DNA from: Somniosus microcephalus
Taxonomy: Eukaryota
DNA length: 64,000 bases
Assembly: GCA_052327205.1 (NCBI GenBank)
Contig: CM126228.1
Span: forward strand, 21,142,001 to 21,206,000
Direction: 5' to 3'
Shown: in pieces, positions 52,622 through 64,000 of the stretch
Layout of the letters: the number at the start of each line of letters is the position of its first letter
Numbering within the stretch: the first letter of the stretch is position 1
The notes under the pieces: generated by a model
The model's database searches: none
What the model was told of the DNA's origin: nothing
The model's input: the letters and a program-made list of their open reading frames with translations, nothing else
Program-made: the position numbers and the translations under genes

Positions 52622-54510
52622 ATGGCTGCTCAGAGGCCCAGGGAGAGAGCTCGCCGGTTCAGCGACCAGGCATTGGAGGCTCTGGTTGTGGCTGTGGAAC
52701 GCCGATGGGCAGTGCTGTTCCGAGATACTGGCAGGAGGCCATTGCCCCAGGAGTGCACAAGGGTGTGAAGGGAGGTTGCACAGTATGTTTCATCCAGTAG
52801 CCTGGTCCAAGCGACTCACACGCAGTGCCGCAAGAAGTTCAGCGACCTCACTCGGGTGGTCAGGGTGAGTAGATGTATGAACTACATCTACATCAAACCA
52901 TCTCAACCTCACTCTGTGCACAGATGGTATAAACTGCCAAATCTCCAACATTCACTCAACAACTATGCCCATCTACTAAAAGTCACAGCCACATTTCACA
53001 CCTTGCAGACATTAACGGCTATTCAACTATGGTAGGCACATCTGCCAAACACGTGGCTGCACACTCACTCACACGCTGTCCTTTTTCTTGCAGGCCAAGC
53101 TTTCTCATAACAGGAGGGAGCAACAATGCATGGGAGGTGGACAGGCGGAGCTGCACCCCCTCACACAGCTGGAGGAGCGAGTTCACAGAATCATCGCCAG
53201 TCATGTCATGGGCGCTGTGGCAGTCGGAGAGGTCGACCCCCTTGAGGACAGCAATGGTATGTTCATCATCTCTCTCTCCTCTCTCAGACCACTTCCCCCT
53301 CACACCATGAGCCCTTCCCACTTTCCATCCAAGTATACTGTTTCCATTCCTTGTTACCATTCTGCCCCCTCCCCTCGCGTTAAAGCCACTCTTGTACCTT
53401 CCTCCTTTCAGATAGTGAGCCACCATCTGACCAGCCTGTCCCTCAGCCTCCCAGTGGCAGCAACACGGGAGGAGGAACACCAAGCCGGAGCCTCACTGCC
53501 TGCGTCTCCCGAGGGCGATACATCGGATACTGGGGCCACGTGTTCACTGGAGGGGAGCAGAGGAATTGGCTCTGATGTGGGTGAAGCTCCGGGACCCAGT
53601 GGGCTGCAGCAACGCCATGAGGAAAGGGAAGCTCGGGGGTCATCTGCCCGGAGGGTGAGTGCACACACGAGTTCTGCTGCACAGGACTCAGATGAGGACC
53701 TCGATATCGCGGTGATGAATACTCAGGCGATGAGCCTGCATACTGAGCTCATGGGTGCAATGGCAAGGGTGCCCGAGAGCATGGATGCACTGGCTAGGAG
53801 CGTGGAGGAGTCCGCCGCCAGCACAGCTGTCATCTGTGCGCAAACCCTCAAACCCATCCTTGCCTCGTTGCAGAGGATGGTTGAATTGCAGGGAGACCGT
53901 GGGGACCCAGACCCCATGCCGTGTGTAATGGGTGAGGTGGCAGCATCTATTGCAGCACAGGCCGAGGCAACGCAACGGCTTAGTGCTGGAATTGAGTCAT
54001 TGGTTGGTGCCATCCAGTTTTAGACTGCTCTGCTGCAGGCTCAGATTGATGCCACGCAAGCACTGACTGCTGCCATCGTAGCTAGGTTGACCAGTGTCCA
54101 CCGGGGATCTGACGGTGCCGCAGCAGGCCAGCAATCTCTGCTTGAGCAGATTGCTCCGGATGCTGAGGTTCTGCCCCGGGGAGTGGCAGTGTGTCGGTCG
54201 AGCAGGAAGGTGCTGTCCTCTCTCAGGATGACAGCATTCCTGCTCCTACCATTGCACTTGCCGCAGCCTGTAGCCCAGCCATCCGAGACTGCTGCCGCCT
54301 GTGCAGAGTTGGCACAGTCTGCAGCCGGGCCTTCCAGGCCCAGAGCTAGTCGAGGGCGTCCTTCAAGGACATCTGCAGTCTCTGGATCCCAGACTCAGCA
54401 GCCTTCCACCAGCCTCGCTGCAGCCACTGAGGCCCCATTACAGAGGAGCAGTAGGGTTGGGAGGGGGGGAAGTGCAAAGGGGAGGGAGATCATTGAGGAG
54501 GGCCCAGTAA
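52622..54510 (+). pseudogene. Harbinger B Myb/SANT-like protein, three exons (52622-52864, 53094-53256, 53412-~54510)
   Basis: MAAQRPRERARRFSDQALEALV...RV*REVAQ...TQCRKKFSDLTRVVR|gtgagt, with a TGA in place of the conserved Trp at 52766. Exon 2 is AKLSHNRREQQCMGGG|gtatgt. Exon 3 is Ala-rich and helical, with frameshifts. Confidence 0.8.
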
Positions 54511-54645
54511 ATAACATTTTTAGAACAAATGGGGGGAGTGTGTGTACCAAAGTTGGGTGTGTTTGTAAATATATTGTTCAGTTTGGTAAGAAGTATTTCC
54601 GTGTGCTAAGAACCAGTTCTTTTTGTTCATAAATTGTGTTTGTTT

Positions 54646-56174
54646 AACATAAGAACATAAGAAATAGGGGCAGGAATAGGCCACTTGGCCCCTCGAGCCT
54701 GCTCCGCCATTCAATAAGATCATGGCTGATCTTGGGCTCAAAGCCACTTCCCTGCCCGCTCCCCATAATCCTTCACTCCCTTATCTTGCAACAATCTGTC
54801 TATCTCCACTTTAAATGTATTTAATGACCCAGCCTCCACAGCTCTCTGGGGCAGAGAATTCCACAGATTTACGACCCTCTGAGAGAAGAAATTCCTCCTC
54901 ATCTCATTTCTAAAAGGGCGACCCTTTATTCTAAGACTGTGCCCCCGAGTTCTAGATTTCCCCATGAGGGGAAACATCCTCTCTGCATCTACCCTGTCGT
55001 GCCCCCTCAGTATCTTATATGTTTCAATAAGATCACCTCTCATTCTTCTAAACTCCAATGAGTATAGGCCCAACCTGCTCAACCTTTCCTCATAAGTCAA
55101 ACCCCTCATCTCTGGAATTAACCTAGCAAATCGTCTCTGAACTGCCTCCAATGCAAGTATATCCTTCCTTAAATAAGGAGACTAAAACTGTATGCAGTAC
55201 TCCAGGTATGGTCTCGCCAATGCCCTGTACAGTTGTAGCAGGACTTCCCTGCTTTTATACTCCAACCTCTTTGAAATAAAGGCCAACATTCCATTTGCCT
55301 TTTTGATTACTTGCTGTACCTGCATGCTAACATTTTGTGTTTCATGCACAAGGACCCCCAGGTCCCTCTGAACTGTAGCATTTTGTAATCTCTCTCCATT
55401 TAAATAATAGTTTGCTTTTTTATTTTTCCTGCCAAAGTGGATAACCTCGCACTTTCCCACATTATACTCCATCTGCCAAATGTTTGCCCACTCACCTAGC
55501 CTGTCTATATCCCTTTGCAGATTCTTTGAGTCCTCTGCACAACTTGCTTTCCCACCCATCTTTGTATCCTCCGCAAACTTGGCTACATTACACTCGGTCC
55601 CTTCATCCAAGTCATTAATGTAGATTGTAAATAGCTGGGGCCCCAGCACCGATCCTTGTGGCACCCCACTAGTTACCGTTTGCCAACCGGAAAATGACCC
55701 ATTTTCCCCGACTCTCTGCTTTGTTAGTTAGCCAATTCTCTATCAATGCTAATATGTTACACCCAACTCCGTGAGCTCTTATCTTATGCAATAACCTTTT
55801 ATGTGGCACCTTATCGAATGCCTTCTGGAAACCCAAGTTTTCCAATCCGCTGGGACCTCTCCAGCATCCAGGGAATTTTGGTATATTGCAACCAATGCAT
55901 CCACTATCTCTGCAGCCACTTCTTTTAAGACCCTGGGATGCAGGCCATCTGGTCCAGGGGACTTGTCATCTTTTAGTCCCATTATTTTACCGAGTACTAT
56001 TTCCTTAGTGATAGTGATTGTCTTTAGTTCCCCACTCCCTGTGGCCCCTTGATTATCCATTATTGGGATGTTGTTAGTGTCTTCTACAGTGAAGACAGAT
56101 GCAAAATATTTGTTCAGAGTCTCTGCCATTTCCCCATTCCCCATTATTAATACCCCAGTCTCATCCTCTAAGGG
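54646..56174 (-). mobile_element. 5'-truncated CR1 LINE inserted between the two Harbinger B genes
   Basis: KSPGPDGLHPRVLKEVA, PQGSVLGPQLFTIYINDLD...AKFAEDTK and EAVQRRFARLIP; (ttcttatg)n tail at the 54646 end; internal deletion near 55835. Confidence 0.92.
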
Positions 56175-56338
56175 TTATTGGTTGTGTTTAATAAGACACG
56201 GTTGTGCAGAATAATAAATGTTTATTTCAATGTTACGAATTTGGTCATGTTTCTCATTGGAACTTTGGCTGGTCATAGGGGTTGCGAGGTGGCTGTAATG
56301 ATGTGGTTGTTGATCCCAAATGCCATCTGCTCTCTCAT

Positions 56339-57703
56339 TCATCGGAAGCGCTGTGTAATGAGGTGTTCACGAACGGCCCTTGCAGAAGCAACATTGAGCA
56401 CCTCCCTCCTACGTTGGTGCTGCTCCCCTTCCTCTTCATCCTCCTCCTCCACCTCCTCCTCCTGAGGTGGTCCACCAATCCCTGATGGCAATGGCTGGGT
56501 CCTCAGAATGACCAGGTTGTGCAGCATGCAGCACACAACTATGAAAACAGAGACTCAATCAGGGGAGTACTGCAGGGCTCCTCCAGAGTGGTCAAGACAG
56601 CGGAACCATTGCTTTAGCACACCGATGGTGTGTTCAATCAGGTTCCTGGTGGCGCTAAGTCTCTCATTGTATGCAAGCTCAGCAGGAGTGCTGGGGTTAC
56701 AGAGCGGTATCATCAGCCAGGTGGCGAGTGGATAACCCTTGTCCCCGAGGAGCCAGCCACGAGGTTGATGTGGTGGTTGGAGCAGGTCTGGGACACCAGT
56801 CTGGCACAGGATGAATGCATCACGGCTGCTGCCAGGATAGCGGGCATTGACGGCGAGGATGTGCTGTCTGTGGTCGCACACCAACTGCACTTTCAGACAG
56901 TGGTAGCTTTTTAGTTTGTGGAACACCTCTGCATTTTGATGAGGTGCCCGCAATGCCACGTGGGTGCAGTCAATGGTGCCCTGAACCATGGGGAAGCCTG
57001 CTATCCTTGTGCATTCATGCTGTTTGTCTTGGGTCATGGGGAATGAGATGTACGCTGATGTAAGAAAACTACTAAGTACTTGGTTTGAGTATAAAACAAG
57101 GCTTTAATCAACTGTTTCACAACCATGAGTTCTAGTTACATCACTAGTTCCTGGTTACAAAAACGTCCTGAGCAAGCTGGGCCCACGCCCGAGTATTTAT
57201 ACTTTCCTTGGATGGCGCCACCAGCTGGCCGTCCAGTGTTATCTCATGTGTCATTTCTACATGAATGGTAAGATTCATGACATACTCCCTTCTCCTTCTG
57301 TTCAGAGCGTCTGTGACCTCCCACAATGGACAGCGAACTGGGAGATGTTCGCAATATCCCCTGTGGAAGCCTGGAAGGAGCCGTTGGCATAGAAATTAAG
57401 AGCGACTATGACCTTCACTGCCACTGACAGAGGCATCCTGGTCCTGAGCTGAGGCTGGAGCTCTGGCTGCAGGAGGTGGCAGAGCTCTGACCACCTCCTT
57501 GCTGACGTGGAGCCTTCAAAGGCACTGCTCCTCTGAGAAACTAATGTAGGAGAACTACTCCCGGAATACCCTGGGAGGGTAAGGTCTCCCGTGCAGCGCC
57601 CTCTTGGCCTTCCTCCCTCTGGCCACGTTTTCCACTCTCTCTGCCTCCGCTGCCTCCAATGGTGAAGCTGGAGGGCGAGGCCCCGTGCCAGTATAGCCCC
57701 CGT
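56339..57703 (-). pseudogene. Harbinger B DDE transposase, disrupted
   Basis: (M>T)GAIL..., [72 protein letters not shown]. The start codon has decayed to ACG; there are frameshifts and a solo-LTR insertion. Confidence 0.9.
57056..57282 (-). mobile_element. Solo LTR (227 bp)
   Basis: TG...CA termini; on the minus strand TATAAA precedes ATTAAA. 5-bp TSD TACGC/TACTC with one mismatch. Removing it restores the transposase peptide RRRREYISFPMTQDKQ. Confidence 0.75.
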
Positions 57704-59509
57704 TACCTTTGGTACTGCAACATTTACAAGAGTTAAGTGAAATGCAATCTCATAAGTTTTGCTGACGCGCAAAACTCCTTCAAGTAGGAAACCGTCAAAT
57801 CTCTCCAAACGCCTCTCTGCTTCTGTCAACGTGCGAAGGCAGCATTGTTTGCCGACAGGAACAAACAGGAAGTGCACGTCTTTAAATAGCGCTCCCCCAG
57901 CTCCCAGCCGACTACAAACCGTTCCCTTCTACCTGTTGTTCCTAGCAGCAGGCGCTGAAGCAGGGGGAGAGAATCAATTTCTGATCCGGGGCACTACTGG
58001 GGTGATGTGCGCTTGGATGATGTCACAATCTCGGGGTGCAGGAGATCGTGACGGTAGTGTTTAGCGCCACCGCAAACCGCCAGTTGAATTTCGCGGGCGG
58101 CGTTAAAATCGCCGCGCACGGGCAGTAAGTCATTAGCGCCTCCGGGGGGCGGTAACGGGGCGCAAACGGGAGGCGCTAACCAACCAAATGTTTCCCCCAA
58201 TGTATGTTATCTCACAGGTACCTACCTGTGTTTTAAAGTTAGAAAATTAAGTTAACAACAAAGACAAATCAAAGTGAAAAAAGATTCCTAAGTTTTCCTG
58301 GTGGCTGTAGGTGATTGGTTTATTACTTAGTCATTCAGGCACAAGATTTTGTTATTACAAAATCACCATCTAAAGGAATCAGTATTGGGAATGTTCATGT
58401 TCTGAAGTTCCAGGTTAAAAATGAAGATGGAAATCAGTTACAAATTTGTTTTAAAAAAAGGCTGAATTATATATCTTTAAACAAGTCTCTTTTTTGTCAG
58501 CGGGATGCCTGGAAACATATTAAGAGTCTTCAAACTAAGTTACTGAGGAATCCGTGCAGGTGGTTGCTGTTTGCTCAATATGGAGTGCACACTCTCCCTG
58601 TAGGGACACACCTTAGATACTCAAGTCCAGAGAGCAAAATCACAGATGTAGCTCAGGGAACCCTAAGTGTGCTGGAGTTTAACAAGCTAAAATAGTGCAA
58701 CCTACCAGCACAGAGTACATGCTGCTCCTTCAGCCAGGGTGACTCTATACATTACGACACTTCCTTGCAAGATTTTCTGGAGCCATGTGGGCAGAATTCC
58801 AGCGGCTAGTGAAAGGTCGATCCCTCTATGTTCCATTTGTGTGCCAGACTGGTTGGCCAATCATCAACGGTGCCCTGGAGTACTGCAGACCTCCTTGGTA
58901 CAGAGATCCAATTACCAAGCTTGCCAAAGGTTGATTTGGTTCCGAGCTCCAGGCAAATGATCCTGCAGTCTCCTCAACCCCAAAAAGATCCTGCACCCTC
59001 TCCCCCCCCCCCCCACGTCAAGCTGGTCAGTGGACAACTGACAAGTGTGGGTTTAAGTGTTGCCAGGTTGACAGCAAGTACCAGGAGCTTCTCAGAAACA
59101 GTATGGTGAACAACACAACTCACACTAAAATGTGGAAGTGCTGTGCCACATCCTCCAGTGTGGGGACACACGATACCACATCAAATCGTGGTTGCACTAT
59201 TTGGCCGTGCCAAGCTTCAGCAGTATCTGTTTATTCCTCTGAGACTTAGTCACGGTAGGTACTGAACCATGAACATATGAGCATGTTCTCACACCTGGCC
59301 TGTAGGTAGCGCCTGCAAGCAACTGTTTCAGAATTTTCTCACCTATCAAACAGACGTTTGCCTCCAGCAGGTTTGAAGGTCTTACTCAGGATCGCTTGGA
59401 ATTTGCCAGCCATCCTGATGTTCTAGATCTCCAAATCCAATGCCATGTATCAACTGCTTAATCCAAGACCTCATGAGTGCCTTTGGCAAAAAATACTTGC
59501 CTGCCATGA

Positions 59510-62451
59510 GGCTGAGTGTTAAAAAATCAAGCCTGAAGGCTTTGTGTCTTAATGCAAGAAGCATTCGTAATAAGGTGGATGAATTAGCTGTACAAATAGA
59601 TGTAAATGGATATGATATAATTGGGATTACGGAGACATGGCTCCAGGGTGACCAAGACTGGGAATTCAACATCCAGGGGTATTCAATATTCAGGAAAGGC
59701 AGAAAAAAGGAAAAGGAGGTGGGGTAGCATTGCTGGTTAAAGTGGAGATTAACACAATAGTAAGGAAGGATATTAGCTCTGATGATGTGGAATCTGTATG
59801 GGCAGAGCTGAGAAATACCAAGGGGCAGAAAACGTTAGCGGGAGTTGTATACAGACCCCCAAACAGTAATGCTGAGGTTGGGGATGGCATTAAATGGGAA
59901 ATTAGAGACGCATGCAATAAGGTCACAGCAGTTATCATGGGTGACTTTAACCTACATACAGATTGGGCTAACCAAATTAGTAACAATACTGTGGAGGAGG
60001 AATTCCTAGAGTGTATACGGGATGGTTTCCTGGACCAATATGTCGAGGAACCAACTAGAGATCAGTTCATCTTAGACTGGGTATTATGTAATCACAGAAT
60101 CACAGAATCACAGAAACCCCACAGTGCAGATAGAGGCCATTTCGGCCCATCGAGCCTGCACCGACACATATCCCACCCGATCCCCGTAACCCCTACACCA
60201 ACACATATCCCACCCTATCCCCGTAACCCCACATATTTAATCCCCCTAACACTAAGGGTCAATTTATCATAGCCAATCAACCTAACCTGCACATCTTTGG
60301 ACTGTGGGAGGAAACCGGAGCACTCGGAGAAAACCCACGCAAACACGGGGAGAATGTGCAAACTCCACACAGACAGTCACCCGAGGCCGGATTACATTTA
60401 AAGATCGCATGGATGAACTACAGAATTTGTTCATCCCTGTTTGGCATAAAAATAAAACAAAGAAGGTGACTCAACCGTGGCTAACAAGGGAAATTAGGGA
60501 TAGCATAAGATCCAAGGAGAAGACATATAATTTGGCCAGAAAAAGCAGCAAAGCTGAGGATTGGGAGCAGTTTAGGGTTCAGAAAAGGAGGACAAAGGGA
60601 TTAATTAAGAGGGGGAAAATAGATTATGAGAGTAAGCCTGCAGGGAACATAAAAACTGATTGTAAAAGCTTCTATAGATATGTGAAGAGAAAAAGATTGG
60701 TGAAGTCAAGCGTAGGTCCCTTGCAGTCAGAATCAGGGGAATTTATAATGGGAACAAAGAAATGGCAGACCAATTAAATACATACTTTGGTTCTGTCTTC
60801 ACAAAAGGAGGACACAAATAACCTCCCAGAGATGTCGGGGAACATAGGGTCTAATGAGAGGGAGGAATTGAATGAAATCAGTATTTGTAGGGAAATGGTG
60901 TTAGGGAAATTGACGGGACTGAAGGCCGATAAATCCCCAGGGCCTGATAATCTACATCCAAGGAAGTGGCCCTAGAAATAGTAGATGCATTGCTGGTCAT
61001 CTTCTAAAATTCTATAGTCTCTGGAACAGTTCCCATGGATTGGAGGATAGCTAATGTAACCCCACTATTTAAAAAAGGTGGTAGAGAGAAAACAGTGGGG
61101 AAAATGCTAGAGTCCATTATAAAAGATGTAATAGCAGAGCACGTGGAAAACAGTGACAGGATCGGACAAAGTCAACATGGATTTACAAAAGGTAAATCAT
61201 GCTAATCTACTTTTTGATGATGTAACTGGTAGAATAGATAAGGGAGAACCAGTGGATGTGGTGTATTTGGACTTTCAGAAGGCTTTCGATAAGGTCCCGC
61301 ATAAGAGATTAGCGTGCAAAGTTAAAGCACATGGGATTGGGGGTAAGGCACTGTCTTGGATAGAGAACTGGTTGGCAGACAGAAAGCAACGAGTTGGAAT
61401 AAACGGGTCATTTTCCGAGTGGCAGGCAGTGACTAGTGGGGTACCGTAGGGATTGGTGCTAGGACCCCAGCTATTAACAATATATATATAAATGATCTAG
61501 GCGAGGGAACTAGATGTAATACCTCCAAGTTTGCAGACGACACAAAGCTGAGTGGGCATGTGTGCTGTGAGGAGGATACAGAGAAACTCCAGTATGATTT
61601 GGACAGGTTGGGTGATTATACTGCATTTGCCATGCATCTGCCCAATGTGGATAAATGCAAGGTTATCCACTTCGGCGGCAAAAACAGGAAGGCAGATTAT
61701 TATCTGAATGGCAATAGATTGGGAAAAGGGGAAGTGCAACAAGACTTGGGTGTCCTTGTGCACCAGTCACTGAAGGTAAGCATGCAGGTGCAGCAGGCGG
61801 TTAAGAAGGCAAATGATATGTTGGCCTTTGTAGCGAGAGGATTCAAGTACAGGAGCAAGGATGTCTTGCTGCAGTTGTACAGGGCCTTGATGAGACCACA
61901 CCTTGAGTATTGTGTGCAGTTTTGGTCACCTTATCTGAGGAAGGATATTCTTGCCATGGTGAGAGTGCAGCGAAGATTCACCAGACTGATACCTGGGATG
62001 GCAGGAATGACATATGAGGAGAGATTGGGTCGATTAGGCTTATGTTCCCTAGAGTTTAGAAGAATGAAAGGGGATCTCATTGAAACATAAAATTCTAACA
62101 GGACTAGACAGACTAGATGCTGGAAGGATGTTCCCGATGGCGGTGGAGTCCAGAACCATGGGTCACAGTCTAAGGATAAGGGGTAAGCCATTTAGGACTG
62201 AGATGAGGAGGAATTTCTTCACCGAGAGAGTGGCGAACCTGTGGAATTCTCTACCACAGAAGGTAGTTGAGGCCAATTCATTAAATATATTCAAGAAGGA
62301 GTTAGATATATTTCTTAAGGCTAAAGGGATCAAGGGATATGGGGAGAAGGCAGGGACAGGGTACTGAGTTTGGATGATCAGCCATGATCTCATTAAATGG
62401 TGGAAGAGGCTCGAGAGGCCAAATGGCCTACTCCTGCTCCTATCTTCTATG
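59510..62451 (+). mobile_element. CR1 LINE ORF2 (APE + RT), decayed, with internal deletions
   Basis: LCLNARSIRNKVDEL...GITETWL, GVVYRPPNS...VIMGDFN, VVYLDFQKAFDKVPH, SKFADDTKL, RPHLEYCVQFWSP; 3' end ctcctgctcctatcttctatg. Confidence 0.92.
60090..60390 (-). mobile_element. 5'-truncated HE1-type V-SINE
   Basis: V-domain gggaggaaaccggagcac.cggag.aaacccacgca.acacggggagaa.gtgcaaactccacacagac; (aatcacag)n tail; tRNA head missing. Confidence 0.8.
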
Positions 62452-64000
62452 ACTCCTGCTCCTGGGTAATTAGTGACACATAAACCTTCATGCAGCCATC
62501 TCCTCGTTATGCCACAAATCCAGCTCATAGTTTTGTTCGGGATTTTGTATGTGGGCCCAGGATTTCTGAACAGTGAAGCAGACCGGTTAGGATATGACTT
62601 ATATACCACAAGCTTGAATTGCATTGGGACTTTGCTGTCATTGAAGAAGGAAGGGAAAAGCCAAAGTGTTCTTTGCTCCTTCACAGCACAGTCCCAAAGG
62701 ACTGTGTCCAAGGTGAAGTTACCATTCACTAAGGCCCCCCAGGTACTGATACCAATCAACAAGTGGAATAAATGGCCCTTATATCTTCAAGAAATAGCTA
62801 TGGGATCCCTTCTTGAGCCTTGCAAAATCGTAATAGTGCACTTGGGCACCTGCTACCATATCCCACTGGCTCACTCATTAGTCAAGATGGTGCATACAGC
62901 ACATTAAATTACCATGTGAGTCTACCAATACCAGCATTGTGTGAAAAAGAGCACGGCAATTCTCAAACACACCTGAACAATCCATTCTCCTTTTGCCATT
63001 CTTACCACAAACTCTGAGCTGGTGCAATCTTTGCAGTGCCATCACTGGTGTAGCACTGACAGTATTTCAACAATGATGTGAATAGCAAGCTGCAGTTACA
63101 TTCCCCATTTGCAACGGTATGGGGCCTGTGGGGGCGGGCGGGTGAAGGGGTGGGGGACAGCAGAGTTCTATGTCTGTATGTTCAAACATATACACAGAGA
63201 GCTGGTTAATGGGCTTCACCTCAGATCAGCTTCTTCCCATTGAGAAGAGTCACTAGGACAGTCAACGCTAATGGGTAGAAACTGAAACTGCACTTCCTCA
63301 GTTTATTTATAAAAAGCAGGCTGTGCATCAGTGACAAGTTACTATGTTAGCATGGAGTAAAATAAAGCAGAATGATCTCTTAGCGGTGCTCTCCCCTTTT
63401 CTGATGGTGGCCATTGCTGGCAGTTTTATACTGCCCTTTTGGCACCAACACACCAGAAATACTGCATCACAAGTGCTAAAGATACAGTATAACGACAATG
63501 GTAGATATTAGAGATGAAATGCCAAGCAATGCCATAACCACCGCCACTTGCGAAATTCTAAATCTAGGCCCACAAAATATATTGTAATCAAATAAAGTCT
63601 GGTTCCTAATGCTGGACTTGCTGCCATGAACAAACTGTATAAAATTATTTGCACCCTTAATATGAGGTCAGTTTCTATCTCAGCCATTGCATTTCTTACA
63701 ATCATTACAACCAATATGTTTTCGATTGTCATTGCACAACAATTAATAAATAATTACACTGGCGATCTTTTGAAAATGGTTCCAGTTAAATGCTATTTGC
63801 TGTCCTATAAGCGAAGTTCATTGCTGCCAATGACCAGAAGGCTCTTTGGCCATCCTCTGAAGAGGACTCTTTAGGCTTTGTTGCTGCCGCAGAGAGTCAA
63901 TATGTTATCACACTCTTGTGGTTGAGCAGATTGATCTTGTGCTGACAGTACAGCAAAAGCTGTCTATAATGACCACCTCTGGGACTGATTTCAGGTGGCT

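Larger units (their letters stand above)
52266..58198. mobile_element. Harbinger/PIF DNA transposon B (decayed autonomous copy)
   Basis: TIRs GGGGAAAAAAGTCGGT and (rc) GGGGGAAACATTTGGT, 12/16 identical. 3-bp TSD AAT at 52263-52265 and 58199-58201. Myb gene (+) and transposase (-) are convergent, with subterminal TAGCGC arrays. Confidence 0.85.

Overview
Eukaryotic (vertebrate) genomic DNA, most likely a shark/elasmobranch, judged from an HE1-type V-SINE, a Deu-type SINE and abundant CR1/L2 LINEs. The only host gene is a complete two-exon ONECUT1/HNF6 on the minus strand (CDS 19201-18112 joined to 10046-9754, 460 aa, CUT domain + homeodomain). It lies in a ~31 kb CpG-retaining domain with almost no transposons. 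Its regulatory grammar is readable from sequence: a near-perfect intronic REST/RE1 site, a CTCF site, a CRE/CCAAT/ETS promoter, several upstream AUGs, and a dense miR-9 (plus let-7/miR-124/miR-218) seed cluster implying a 3' UTR of at least 3.8 kb. Beyond ~36 kb the window is a nested transposon field. It holds a Helitron-like element carrying promoter-like motifs, Penelope-type fold-back elements (another copy at 4.4 kb retains a minimal hammerhead ribozyme), CR1/L2 fragments, and two decayed full-length Harbinger transposons only 12 bp apart. Each Harbinger has a spliced Myb/SANT gene and a convergent DDE transposase, and they are themselves hit by a Tx1-like LINE tail, a CR1 and a solo LTR. 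All calls come from reading the sequence by eye; no database searches were run.
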